Shown here: positions 54,037-64,000 of the stretch, in pieces
Position numbering within the stretch: the stretch's first letter is position 1
Layout: each line of letters opens with the position of its first letter
Assembly (NCBI GenBank): GCA_964429275.1
Contig: CAYSBJ010000001.1
Span: 1-64,000 of the forward strand
Length of the DNA: 64,000 nt
Direction: 5' to 3'
Source: an uncultured Pseudomonadota bacterium
GTDB taxonomy: Bacteria > Babelota > Babeliae > Babelales > JAUPTZ01
The notes under the pieces: model-generated
The model's input: only the letters and a program-made list of their open reading frames with translations
Databases searched by the model: none
What the model was told of the DNA's origin: nothing
Made by a program: the position numbers and the translations under genes

Positions 54037-55625
54037 GCCCACGATTCAATCATACCTGGGGCAAATTTATTCACAAGCGTACGTATCACCGGCAAAATCG
54101 TACCAACACCTGGATAAATACGACTAACGGCACGCATACGCATTTCAAATTCAGCACGCACTGGCACCATTTCTTTGAAGCGAGAGAGATGCTTACTAAT
54201 GCCCACAGCCATAGAACCGAAGAGAGAACTCGTTTTGACATACTCTTGCGTACGAAGCAATGTCGATTCACGAAGTAAGGCAGTAATACCAATTCGTGAT
54301 GACTCAGTTTCTGTCGGTTTCTTTGGATCAATGGAATTTATACGAGAAACAGCTTCTTCAAGCGCAGCGCGCGCCTCATGCAAAGAAAATTCTAAATCCA
54401 AACGTCCCTGATCTTTGCGGTATGACTCATGCCGTTGATTGGAAACCTTTACAAAAGCCTGGATCAATTCGTCAGTCTTTCCTTTTACCTTCCGTGATTG
54501 TTCTTCATCTGCCAATGCCTCTTCATAGTCAATTTTACGTTGCGCAATAAGTTCGGTCTTATCAACCTCTTTGCCATCTTCTTTCCAGACGATTTTCATC
54601 TGACGACGACATTTCTCAATCTGCCGTTGATACTTATCGATAGCAACCAAAGACTTTGCGGCAGCGTCTTGTTCTTTTTCTTGAATTGCCTTACAACGGT
54701 CTTCAAAATCTTTTCTGTCACTGAGGCTGTCATTAGCTCCTCCAGAAACAGCTAAATCAACAACTGGGCCCGCCTTTTCGGCGGCCTCTTGCGACGCATG
54801 CACATAGCCTTGAAGGACAAACATTTCTTCTTCTTTTTGGTTCACAAAGCTTTTGGCTGACATAACCCACAAGCCATCCAACATTCGCTCAAAATCTTTA
54901 TGCAAATCGATCATAACATCGTAGTACGCCAAAATTTTGGTGCGCGCATCGGTCAAAAGAGCTTCCAATTTTTCCGGCGTAGCGCCATTACGTTGCGCAA
55001 CAAAAGCATCAAGCGAACTACGCATGGTATCCCTGCCTTTATCGCCAGCAGCCATATCATTCAAAATTTTGATCGTTTTCGTCGCTTCTTCATACCCATA
55101 TTTTAGCTCTTCTATCGGGTACCGCATACGCTCTGGCATACCACGAACGGCAATTAAAAGCTGCTTCTCGCCATCAATTGCTGCTTTCACTTTGGCCCAA
55201 TATGCCAATTTCTTCAGCGCATCGCTGTCATTCTTTTTTAACTTCCCAAGATCATCTTCAGCGATATCAAGACGGGCCTGCAAAGCAAGGATGTTCTTGC
55301 TGTACTCTTCTACTTTTTTTGCCTTAAAAGCCTGCATTACCCTGGCCAACTGCTCAACATCTTGGATGTCAGTTGGCTCAGCTTCACCCTTTGGCAACTC
55401 TGCTTTTAAATCGAGAGCGCCTACTTCTTTACCTGCGGTCACCAACGCCTCTCCCGCAGTCTTCACTGCCACTTCTGGCACGACTGAAGGAGCAATCTCA
55501 ACACCAAAAGCTACCGGCTTTGCGGGCAACTTCAAAGAACCTGCCGCAGCAACAGAAGTACTTCCCACCGCGAAGCTATTCATCAAACAAGACCCTACAC
55601 ACAGGGCTACTACTTTTATTTTCAT
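54033..55625 (-). CDS. Hypothetical exported coiled-coil protein (530 aa)
   Basis: AAGGAAG RBS, signal ...MNSFA, extensive E/K/A heptad-like regions. Confidence 0.8.
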   Translation of the reverse strand: MKIKVVALCVGSCLMNSFAVGSTSVAAAGSLKLPAKPVAFGVEIAPSVVPEVAVKTAGEALVTAGKEVGALDLKAELPKGEAEPTDIQDVEQLARVMQAFKAKKVEEYSKNILALQARLDIAEDDLGKLKKNDSDALKKLAYWAKVKAAIDGEKQLLIAVRGMPERMRYPIEELKYGYEEATKTIKILNDMAAGDKGRDTMRSSLDAFVAQRNGATPEKLEALLTDARTKILAYYDVMIDLHKDFERMLDGLWVMSAKSFVNQKEEEMFVLQGYVHASQEAAEKAGPVVDLAVSGGANDSLSDRKDFEDRCKAIQEKEQDAAAKSLVAIDKYQRQIEKCRRQMKIVWKEDGKEVDKTELIAQRKIDYEEALADEEQSRKVKGKTDELIQAFVKVSNQRHESYRKDQGRLDLEFSLHEARAALEEAVSRINSIDPKKPTETESSRIGITALLRESTLLRTQEYVKTSSLFGSMAVGISKHLSRFKEMVPVRAEFEMRMRAVSRIYPGVGTILPVIRTLVNKFAPGMIESWA

Positions 55626-55637
55626 GGGTACACTTCC

Positions 55638-57431
55638 TTATTTTGCTTTTACCGGTGGCACTACACCTAACAGAGGACAATCGGCACCTATTTTTTCTTT
55701 GTGTGATGCAAATTTAGGCTTATTTGCTAAGTTTAACAGTGCCTCTCGATATAAATTCCCTACTCGTTGAGCCGCTTTGACATGAATAGTTACGGTATCG
55801 CTAATCAACGATTTAATAACTTTTGAACACTCGGCACTATCTTTAAAGTATTGGCCGGCAATAGCGTAGAAATCAGTTGTTGGACGTTCCATCAATAAAC
55901 CGAGTGGTAATTTCAAGAAACTTGCCTCTGGACTATCCAGATAGGCCTGCGCAAATTTTTGCCGGCGCTCTTTTTCCATAATTTTTGCGGTAAGCTCCGC
56001 ATTCATTTCATTATTGCCACGGACAACTTCGATGTAGCGCCACAGCGCTTGGAAGAAGATTACCGCCACAATTTTTGCAGCATCCGTTGCCCCAGTTTCA
56101 TTCGTGCAGTAGTACACATAATTACCAGCATACACGACCTTTGGTAATGCATTATATTCACCAAGCGGGCGATCGGGGCCGATTAATTCTCTAAATTCTT
56201 TTGTCTTCAATTGCGCATGTATACCAACCGCATCCTGCGCTTCAAAATCAAAACGACCAAAATCATGGAGCCCCTGACGCATCACAATGTCTTCGATGGC
56301 ATCACGTACTGGCTCAAACTTAGCAAGACGTTCATCGCGTGCTTTCTCTGGTAACCGCCCAAGCTGCATGGCATACATCTGCGCAAGCATTGCTGCCCGT
56401 ACAATAAATGGCTTGTTTGGCATGTCTTGCGTCTCAAGCTTATCCCAATTGATTTGCTTTTGGCTCAAGAATTCGCCTAAAAGAGCAGCTTCTTCCGCAG
56501 AACGACATTCCAAGCCAGTCACTGAACAACCAAGACCCCGCTGCACACTGCCGTCTGGGCCAAAAACAATCCCATCTCCTTGCACGATTAGCTTCCACAT
56601 ACTATCGAGCTTACGATGGAGATATAATTCGTCACGTGATGGATTCATGCTTTGAGGAATGCATTTACGAGAAACGTTACGAAGCAGTTCCCCCAAAGAT
56701 GGCATATTTTCTTCGATAGCCGCTGATATACCACCAATAGCTCGACTATCCCGGCGCCAAGCTGCAAATAAACGCAGCGTTAAAATACCAACGTCAGCAA
56801 CATAAGAAAACCCTTGTATAAAGCGATTACTGCTGTTTTTGCCATCGCGCCAGCTTTTACGATAATGCTCACCCGCATGCTTAAGAAGCAAAAATAACTT
56901 TAATGCATACACAAGACCTGGTGTCATTCTAAAACTAAACAAGCGCTCCAAAAGATGTTTTTTGCGGTCAGCACTTGGCGATTCATTAAAAAAATCAATT
57001 GATTTTTCGCCGTCCTCTACGTCAAAGTCATCACTACTAAAAAGCTCAGCAAACCTGTCTTGAATCATTTTTAAAAACATGGTTTTTGCTTGTGCGGCAG
57101 CGGGTGAAAGCGAGCCAGTATCCGTCCAGTCGAAATAGATACGCTGCGGCGAAGGAAGGGGCAAGAACGGCGATCCAGCACCGGCACCACCGAGGTCAAG
57201 AACTACGCTAACTGACAATGGTAACGGCAATGCGATGCGTCCAGTCGAATAAAAATCAAGCTCTTTTAAACTATCAAGAAGACCGCTCCCCACTTTTAGA
57301 GGGGAAGACTTTCCACCGGAATTAAGAAATGCTTCTAGTAACTGAGCAACCGGCTCAGTAGTGGGCAATGCCGATGAGGCAACAAAAAAAAGGGCAACGT
57401 ACAAAGGCAGACGTAGGTGTTTCATAAGCAA
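55638..57431 (-). CDS. Hypothetical exported protein (597 aa)
   Basis: Signal ...VASSA-L and a helical body; 12 nt from the next gene. Confidence 0.8.
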   Translation of the reverse strand: MLMKHLRLPLYVALFFVASSALPTTEPVAQLLEAFLNSGGKSSPLKVGSGLLDSLKELDFYSTGRIALPLPLSVSVVLDLGGAGAGSPFLPLPSPQRIYFDWTDTGSLSPAAAQAKTMFLKMIQDRFAELFSSDDFDVEDGEKSIDFFNESPSADRKKHLLERLFSFRMTPGLVYALKLFLLLKHAGEHYRKSWRDGKNSSNRFIQGFSYVADVGILTLRLFAAWRRDSRAIGGISAAIEENMPSLGELLRNVSRKCIPQSMNPSRDELYLHRKLDSMWKLIVQGDGIVFGPDGSVQRGLGCSVTGLECRSAEEAALLGEFLSQKQINWDKLETQDMPNKPFIVRAAMLAQMYAMQLGRLPEKARDERLAKFEPVRDAIEDIVMRQGLHDFGRFDFEAQDAVGIHAQLKTKEFRELIGPDRPLGEYNALPKVVYAGNYVYYCTNETGATDAAKIVAVIFFQALWRYIEVVRGNNEMNAELTAKIMEKERRQKFAQAYLDSPEASFLKLPLGLLMERPTTDFYAIAGQYFKDSAECSKVIKSLISDTVTIHVKAAQRVGNLYREALLNLANKPKFASHKEKIGADCPLLGVVPPVKAK

Positions 57432-57644
57432 TTCCCGTGTTAATGCGATCGAACCGATCTTCTAAACGGGGTCATGCTAGCAACAGCAAAAAAGTTGTTG
57501 CAATAGTTCTGCAATACCGGCTTTTTATGCCCACAGCCCTTGCAAGCTGTCATTGCAAGGCACCAAAGCCACCAGAGCGGCTCATTTGATGCATAATTAG
57601 GCCCTATTATAGATATAAGAAAGCTATCTCTGTCAGACCTTAAA

Positions 57645-60056
57645 TTACGCAGCTTGCTCTTGAGTGACGACTGGCAGTAAAACACCATTTGATTGATGAA
57701 TCTCAAACAAATCAGCACCAAAAGGGGAACCATTTTGCTGTGTTACCACTTCTATAGAAATCATATGAGGCTCAGGAGAAACTATCGGAGGCTCGATCGT
57801 TGCTGTTGCTTCTCGCAATTCATCAACAGTTTGAGCAACCTCTTGCGCTGTTGGAATTGGCGCCTGCTCAAATTCGATTGATCTTCTCTGCGAGATCGTA
57901 ATGTCGGCTGAGGTCTCCTTTAAAAGATCAAGCGCCATTTCAAGTGAACGTACCACTTCGACGTGGTCTGGCTCTTGCTGACAATCGCGAAGCGTACTTA
58001 ACAGGTCAGCAAGCTGCTGATGAACGTGGCGAACATTATGCGCTGCACCATGCAGTCTATTGTAATCACTCAGCAATTTATCCCCAAATGCTGCCATTTG
58101 TGTCAAAAGATGAGCGTGCGCAGCAGAACGACGACTATCTTCAGCCCGCTCTCTGCGGATTTTTTCGAGTGTTTCTTGCAACCGCGTCATTTCTGCATAC
58201 GCCGCCTGTCGTTCATTTAATTCTTTTTGCTGCAACTGCAGCAGTTCCAGCAAAATCCCACTCTCTTTTTGAGATTTTTCAGCCAGGTCAATCGCCTTCT
58301 GCTGGAACGTCTCCGCGGAAAGTGCTATTGCCTTGTTTTTATCACCCAACTCAACAACTGATTCGTGGAGGGCGGCTATTTGCTCTTGATATTCAACTTG
58401 CTTTTCTTTAAGCCCGCTCAGCTGTTCCCGATACTCATCACGCTCCTGCTTCACTTGTGCTAAAGTATCTACAACAACAGATGCTTGCTCGAGTACCTTG
58501 TTATGCACTTCACTTGCGCTTCGCACTTGTAGCTCAAGCTCTACACTCTCTCTTTGCTTATCTTCAAACAACTCTCCTAGAACTTTGCAGCGATCTTGGA
58601 GGGTATTTACCTGATCGGCCAACACAGTGACGACCTCTGTGCTCGTACGGCGAAGCTGTGATATTTGCTGGTTAACCCGCGCCAAGGAAACCTCAAGCTC
58701 GGCTTGCTTGCGTGCTTTCACTTCAACTGCTTCTCGCAACTCTTTTTCAGTTACTGCCTTATCAGAAAGCTTGCTCGCCAAGCTTTGCAAACAAGACTGA
58801 GAGCGAGAGGTCAGCACTTTCATATGTTCGGCCACTTGTGCAAGTTGCACCTCAAGCTCAGCTTTTTCCTTAGCTTTGTTTTCTAGTACTTCAACCAAAG
58901 ATCCTCTTTCCTTTACATGGGCTTCTTCTTGCTCATGTATCTTACTTAAAAGACTTTCTCGTTCTTGCTTGAGTAACGCAAGTTGATCATGCGCCATCGC
59001 CATTTTTTCAGAGTTTTCTAGAGCAGCTTTGTGTACCTCATTCTCCTGCATCAGCTTATTCTCAAGCTCTGCTATGCGAGCCGTTAAGTTTTGCACTTTT
59101 TCTTTTTGACTCACAATCTTGACCTCACGCTGCCCTGGCGCAACATCAATACTAATTTTTTGGACCAAATTCTCAATTACATCTGCTGGCAAAAACACCG
59201 AGGGATCAGAAGAATTCGTAATATGCCTGTTAATAGCCTCCAATGCCATGAGCCGTAATCTTGACTGAACCTGAGCCGGAAAATAATACTCTTGCACCAA
59301 GTCCAAAATAAGATCATCAGCTTGCCGCTGCGCATCAACGACCGCTGCAATAGCATTACGCTTTTCAACGACTTTGTTATAATTTTCATCAAAGAAGAAT
59401 TCTGCTGCAGCAACTTTTTGACTGAACCATTCCTCCTGCTCCTTAAACAATACTCTAAAATTATCTCGCTCTACGCGAACAATTTCACCCTCTAGCACTA
59501 CCTGTTGCAAGAACTCTGCATCTTTGCTGTAGTCCCGTAACATCTCACGACGCCACTCTTTGGTGATAGGGGTGCGGCCAGCGACTTTATCATCTTGCAC
59601 TTCTTGCTCAAGGATAGCCTTAAGTTGGACAATCTTCTTCTCTGATTCTTTTAGTACTGCTTGCTCCTGCTCTACTCGCTTCCGGTCAACTTCTTCTTTT
59701 TCTTTGCGAGCTTTTTCCTCAAGCCGTGCTTGTTGCTCTGCGTCTTTACGAAGCAATTCCTCACGGCGCCGCTCTAGACGGGTCTGATGACGTTTAACCT
59801 TTTTATCTAAAGCTTCTTTCTCGCGCTCAGCAACTCGCCGGGCCTCTTCTGCTTTGCGTTTTCCTTCCTCAGCAAGCAAATAGATATCGCGATACTGATT
59901 AGATAATTGATCAATGTTGATGGCAGGTTGTGCCACTGTAGTAGCTTTTTCAGGAACAGAAGCCGCCTTTACTGCCGTTCGTCGCGGGGCACGGCGAGCA
60001 TGAAGCTCCCCGGAAGGGACACACAGCGCAACAACCACAAGAAACAAAAGAATCAT
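57645..60056 (-). CDS. Exported long coiled-coil protein (803 aa)
   Basis: GAAGGA RBS, signal ...ELHA-R, very long E/Q/K/L heptad region; no ATPase motifs. Confidence 0.8.
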   Translation of the reverse strand: MILLFLVVVALCVPSGELHARRAPRRTAVKAASVPEKATTVAQPAINIDQLSNQYRDIYLLAEEGKRKAEEARRVAEREKEALDKKVKRHQTRLERRREELLRKDAEQQARLEEKARKEKEEVDRKRVEQEQAVLKESEKKIVQLKAILEQEVQDDKVAGRTPITKEWRREMLRDYSKDAEFLQQVVLEGEIVRVERDNFRVLFKEQEEWFSQKVAAAEFFFDENYNKVVEKRNAIAAVVDAQRQADDLILDLVQEYYFPAQVQSRLRLMALEAINRHITNSSDPSVFLPADVIENLVQKISIDVAPGQREVKIVSQKEKVQNLTARIAELENKLMQENEVHKAALENSEKMAMAHDQLALLKQERESLLSKIHEQEEAHVKERGSLVEVLENKAKEKAELEVQLAQVAEHMKVLTSRSQSCLQSLASKLSDKAVTEKELREAVEVKARKQAELEVSLARVNQQISQLRRTSTEVVTVLADQVNTLQDRCKVLGELFEDKQRESVELELQVRSASEVHNKVLEQASVVVDTLAQVKQERDEYREQLSGLKEKQVEYQEQIAALHESVVELGDKNKAIALSAETFQQKAIDLAEKSQKESGILLELLQLQQKELNERQAAYAEMTRLQETLEKIRRERAEDSRRSAAHAHLLTQMAAFGDKLLSDYNRLHGAAHNVRHVHQQLADLLSTLRDCQQEPDHVEVVRSLEMALDLLKETSADITISQRRSIEFEQAPIPTAQEVAQTVDELREATATIEPPIVSPEPHMISIEVVTQQNGSPFGADLFEIHQSNGVLLPVVTQEQAA

Positions 60057-60192
60057 GGACTATCCTTCTTAAGATAATTTATCGAAAAGAGTCACTCTAA
60101 TGGTTTTTAGGGTAGCCTGAGGGCATGCCAAATTGCAATCGTACAGCTTTTCTGCTTACACAATCGCATTAATCAAGCTAAAATGCTGTTCT

Positions 60193-61953
60193 ATGAACAC
60201 AAAAAAATTAAAGACCGTCGTCCTCGTCGGCAACCCAAACGTCGGCAAAAGCTCCTTGTTTTACCGCCTTACCGGAACCCATGTGGTCACGGGGAATTTC
60301 CCTGGAACCACTCTGTCTGTTACCCGCGGCACCCTCAGCACACACCAGAAAAATGCCGAGTATTCTTATGAAATTATTGATTTACCTGGCATGTATTCAT
60401 TAACCGAGCATACCGGTACGATAACCAAAGGCGCTCTGTTTGTTTTGTCCCAAGCTGACATCATTCTAAATGTTATCGACAGCACCCAACTCAAGCGAAA
60501 TTTGTATCTTCATCTACAACTAAAAAAGCTCGGTAAACCAATGATTATTGGGCTTAATCTCTATGATGAAGCTGGTTATCACGGCATTCACATTAACACA
60601 GACCTTTTAAGCACTCGCCTCAGCTGCCCGGTCATCCCTACCGTAAGCATTTCTGGGAATGGTATTCCAGCTCTTGTAAAAGCAATTTCAAGCCTCCCTA
60701 GTACGACCAACTCGACTGCTCAGTCTTCTGACCGACCAAATTGGCAAGAAATTACCGAGCATGTTACCGCAGTTCAAAGATGCACTCAGCGAAAAAAAAC
60801 CTTTCTGGAACACCTTACTACCCTCAGCGTTCACCCTGTATGGGGAGCGGTACTCGCGCTTATTGTTTTTGGCAGCACATTAGCAGCCCTTTTTGCACTG
60901 AGTTCCTCACTTGAGTCCACCGTCCTATCACTCTTTAATTTTGTACTAGAGCAGCCGCTGCGATTACTGCATACACTCTGCGAAAAGTATGCATTCTTAC
61001 AAACATTTTTGATCGGTGACATAAGCCAATCACCAATCGATTTTGAAAATGCGATGGGTATTCTTACTACCGGTCTCTATATCCCACTTGGCCAAGTTGC
61101 CCCTCCGGTCATTGCTTTTTATGCCACCATGGGCCTCTTGGAAGATAGCGGCTATTTACCACGCATTGCATACGTTGCTGACACACTTATGCACCGTTAC
61201 GCACTTCATGGGGCAGCCATCATTCCTATGCTCATGGGAGCCGGCTGCAATGTTACGGGAATTATTGGCACTCGAATTTTAGAAAATCGGCAACAGCGAA
61301 TTATTGCCGCTACCCTTATTGCTATCGCAGTTCCCTGCGCCTCACAAACTGGTTTTATTGTTGCTATGGCCGGAAGAATGGGACCTATACTTCTAACCTG
61401 CTTAATCATTTCACTCATCGTGTTATGGCATTTAATTGGACTTATTCTGGGCGTTCAACGAAGAAATAATTATCCAGAACTCATCATGGAAATGCCCCCA
61501 CTCAGATTACCTCGCTGGCGACCATCGCTGCACAAGTTAGCCCATCGCGTTAAGAATTTTTTATCCGATGCCATACCTATAACAATTATAGGCATAGGGA
61601 TCGTGTTGCTATTGACTCACACCGGCATATTAACCTCTATTGCACAAACACTTTTCGGGTGGACGCGCACTCTTTGGGGATTGCCGCAAGAAATAGTACC
61701 CGCACTGTGTATGGGGCTTTTTCGCAAAGAAATAGCCCTCACCTTCCTGCGCGCCATACCATCACTTACACAAACACAAGCATTTACTGCCACGCTCATT
61801 TTAACACTCTGGTTTCCCTGTGTATCAGTATACGCCATTTTGTACAAAGAATTTGGATTTAGAACCGTATGCCTCATGACGCTGTTTATGGCATTGGTAT
61901 CAAGTGTTGCTGGAATTATTGCACATATGGTGCTGACTACTTTTTGGCTCTGA
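60193..61953 (+). CDS. feoB: Ferrous iron transporter FeoB
   Basis: G1 GNPNVGKS, G2 GNFPGTT, G3 DLPG, G4 NLYD. Membrane motifs LEDSGYLPR, GAGCNV, VPC, LIMEMP.LR.P, FPC. The likely ATG is 60193 rather than the track's TTG at 60133. Confidence 0.93.
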   Translation: MNTKKLKTVVLVGNPNVGKSSLFYRLTGTHVVTGNFPGTTLSVTRGTLSTHQKNAEYSYEIIDLPGMYSLTEHTGTITKGALFVLSQADIILNVIDSTQLKRNLYLHLQLKKLGKPMIIGLNLYDEAGYHGIHINTDLLSTRLSCPVIPTVSISGNGIPALVKAISSLPSTTNSTAQSSDRPNWQEITEHVTAVQRCTQRKKTFLEHLTTLSVHPVWGAVLALIVFGSTLAALFALSSSLESTVLSLFNFVLEQPLRLLHTLCEKYAFLQTFLIGDISQSPIDFENAMGILTTGLYIPLGQVAPPVIAFYATMGLLEDSGYLPRIAYVADTLMHRYALHGAAIIPMLMGAGCNVTGIIGTRILENRQQRIIAATLIAIAVPCASQTGFIVAMAGRMGPILLTCLIISLIVLWHLIGLILGVQRRNNYPELIMEMPPLRLPRWRPSLHKLAHRVKNFLSDAIPITIIGIGIVLLLTHTGILTSIAQTLFGWTRTLWGLPQEIVPALCMGLFRKEIALTFLRAIPSLTQTQAFTATLILTLWFPCVSVYAILYKEFGFRTVCLMTLFMALVSSVAGIIAHMVLTTFWL

Positions 61954-62012
61954 AGAAATTATTGCAAGGAGTCTACGACGAGACAATGACAACCTTGCAG
62001 TTGTATTAACAC

Positions 62013-62441
62013 ATGAAAGAAAACCACATGACATACACTGGTGTCGACATTGTACACATCCCTCGTTTTAAGGCATGGCTCAATTATAAAGAGGCTCAGC
62101 TACTCACCATTTTCACATCACGGGAAATAGAAGAGCTCGCTAAACGTGCACCAAAGCAGACACAATTCCTTGCTTCACGCTTTGCTGTAAAAGAAGCATT
62201 TTATAAAGCAGTAAGCGCTGCCTGTAGTGTCCACCCGGCTATACAACCATTTGGTTTTCGCGCTATTGCACACTTTATAGAAATAGCACCAGAAGCACGA
62301 TGGGGCTGCCCCACGATTCTTTTTGATGCCGAACGTTTTCATGCGGCTACCGGCATTGCACTCCCAAAACTTCAGGCAAGCATTTCTCTTGCACACGACC
62401 ACGAATATGCTATTGCACAAGTTCTTGTTACGCTTCTATGA
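62013..62441 (+). CDS. acpS: Holo-[acyl-carrier-protein] synthase (4'-phosphopantetheinyl transferase)
   Basis: GVDIV, IFT..E, LASRFAVKEAFYKA, G.P, SISLAHD motifs. Alternative start at 62028. Confidence 0.9.
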   Translation: MKENHMTYTGVDIVHIPRFKAWLNYKEAQLLTIFTSREIEELAKRAPKQTQFLASRFAVKEAFYKAVSAACSVHPAIQPFGFRAIAHFIEIAPEARWGCPTILFDAERFHAATGIALPKLQASISLAHDHEYAIAQVLVTLL

Positions 62442-62966
62442 AACGGTAACTTTCTTATCTGCCGCTTTCTCTGTGGGCTCATCTGCCGGCTTATCCGAAG
62501 AGTCGTCTGCAAGATCAGTTATAGTTGACGCGTTGCTAGCGACATCGGTGCTATCAAGTAATGCCGCCAGCGTAGAAGCATCCTCTTGTGACGACTCTAC
62601 ATCGCTCATGAATGCCGTCGCTTTTTTCAAGGTATCTCTCTGATAGGCAACGGCAGGTTGCAAAGCAGTTTTCTCTGCCAGTTGATCTTTCAAGGAGGCA
62701 AGCGATTCTTTTTCTTGCTTTAAAATCGTCTGCATTATTGAGTACTGAGGATTTGCCTTATCAAGAGCATTCAATTGTTTTTGCGCAGCATCCACATCAA
62801 CTTGCTTATTCTTTATTTTGTCATTCAAGGCGGTAATCTGCTGACCAACAAGCGAAGCATAGTCATCAAGTGGCGTTGATTTGGCAGCCGCATCTAAAGA
62901 ATCGGCAGCAACAAGGCTCTGGCCGATCCCAACCACGCAAAAGAAAAGGGCGTACAAGAAATTCAT
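62436..62966 (-). CDS. Small exported coiled-coil protein with acidic tail (176 aa)
   Basis: AAGGA RBS, signal ...SLVA-AD, heptad region. Confidence 0.75.
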   Translation of the reverse strand: MNFLYALFFCVVGIGQSLVAADSLDAAAKSTPLDDYASLVGQQITALNDKIKNKQVDVDAAQKQLNALDKANPQYSIMQTILKQEKESLASLKDQLAEKTALQPAVAYQRDTLKKATAFMSDVESSQEDASTLAALLDSTDVASNASTITDLADDSSDKPADEPTEKAADKKVTVS

Positions 62967-63130
62967 AGGTAAAAATCCTTTAAACCATCAATGAGAATGA
63001 TGATACTTTAAAAAAAGAACCGCCATAGTTGTCAATGAATGTCTTTACCTAAGCCAAAATCCTTTGCATACTTCCTCTGTTTTGCCCCCCAGCGCGGCCA
63101 AACGATCATTTCTGTGATAAGGAGAAAACG

Positions 63131-63634
63131 GTGAAAAACTCAGAAATACAAGCAAATCTCTACGCGCTTGCAGTAGAGGCGATGAAGAGAGCATATAACC
63201 CGTACTCACACTACAGCGTGGGGGCAGCGCTCCAAACGACAGATGGCATAGTGCAAGCAGGATGCAATGTTGAAAACGTCTCTTACCGGCTCACACTCTG
63301 TGCCGAAGCAAATGCAATTGGTGCACTTGTTGGTAAGCATGGCCAGGCTACGGTACAACATATTTTAATTGTGGCCAGCGGCACCGGATTTCCTTCTCCC
63401 TGCGGCGCTTGCCGACAAATTATCGCAGAATTTTCTCAACCAGAAACCGAAGTTCATCTCGCCCGCGCTAAAGAACGGGGCGAAGGATTTGATGTGCGCA
63501 CCTATCGCATCAGCGCACTGCTGCCCCTCAGCTTTAGTCAATCGATATTGCACGAGGCGACAGTACCACATACAGAAATTGTGACGCCAAATGTGGTAGT
63601 AAAAGCAGAAAGTAGACAGAGCGCGGTAGAATAG
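63131..63634 (+). CDS. cdd: Cytidine deaminase (homotetrameric type)
   Basis: AAGGAG RBS. AYNPYSHYSVGAA, GCNVEN, CAE and PCGACRQ zinc motifs. Confidence 0.93.
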   Translation: MKNSEIQANLYALAVEAMKRAYNPYSHYSVGAALQTTDGIVQAGCNVENVSYRLTLCAEANAIGALVGKHGQATVQHILIVASGTGFPSPCGACRQIIAEFSQPETEVHLARAKERGEGFDVRTYRISALLPLSFSQSILHEATVPHTEIVTPNVVVKAESRQSAVE

Positions 63635-63636
63635 TG

Positions 63637-64000
63637 TTAGAGAGAAGGCTCTGGTGACAACGGAAACAGTTCAACTTGCGGTGGGTGTGACTCACGAAAG
63701 GTTATGTTTTTGTGCAAAATATCGTGAGCAAAATAGCAATAACTATTGTATATCATATTCCCATCGGAGTGGTTAATAGTCGACGCGCCCCCTCCCTGCA
63801 TCATAGACGCATTCCATACAGCATTACAAAGAGCCCTCTCCTGTAGTTCACGCGTCGATAAAGTCGTTATCGCTTTAAGTTGTTTTTGTGCAAACAATTG
63901 AGGATTAAATGGCACACCAGCACCAAGCACACAAGCAATAAGATCGTTCTTTGCCTCTTGAGAGATATCAGGGCCACGGCCGTCCTCAAAGGGTAACCGC
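63637..64000 (-). CDS. Hypothetical protein, 3' part only (begins beyond the right edge)
   Basis: The frame of the 97-aa track ORF stays open up to position 64000; it is convergent with cdd. Confidence 0.55.
   Translation of the reverse strand, partial: RLPFEDGRGPDISQEAKNDLIACVLGAGVPFNPQLFAQKQLKAITTLSTRELQERALCNAVWNASMMQGGGASTINHSDGNMIYNSYCYFAHDILHKNITFRESHPPQVELFPLSPEPSL

Noticed and set aside
54937..55770. 277-aa plus-strand ORF
   Set aside because: It is an antisense shadow of the 530-aa gene, with the S/F/A-rich composition expected from the reverse of an E/K-rich frame.
57645..60056. 803-aa coiled-coil protein as SMC/SbcC
   Set aside because: It has a signal peptide and lacks Walker A/B and signature motifs.

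Overview
A 64-kb, gene-dense bacterial window read with the standard code (TGA is used as stop). Most genes encode proteins of unknown function with signal peptides. That gene style, plus two paralogous beta-barrel-like proteins, suggests Candidatus Dependentiae/Babeliae (TM6); this is inference and no marker gene was checked. The main feature is a ~39-kb, five-gene, minus-strand operon (41170->2100) of exported proteins: 1171 aa, 886 aa, 8608 aa, ~1730 aa and a 590-aa outer-membrane beta-barrel-like protein. The 8608-aa giant has 19 tandem ~390-aa Trp-rich units plus four degenerate half-units. The four non-barrel proteins share a novel two-part (A+B) beta-rich module. It is intact in the 1171-aa and 1730-aa proteins but split between the 886-aa protein (A) and the giant (B), with the repeat array at the split point. 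A perfect 15-bp inverted repeat covers the Shine-Dalgarno of the first operon gene. The rest of the window holds a tandem family of small membrane/coiled-coil proteins, tmk-holB-comEC-like, a degenerate REP/RPE-like element, a second cluster of exported helical proteins with a paralogous barrel, feoB, acpS and cdd. I saw no rRNA, tRNA, CRISPR array or transposase.
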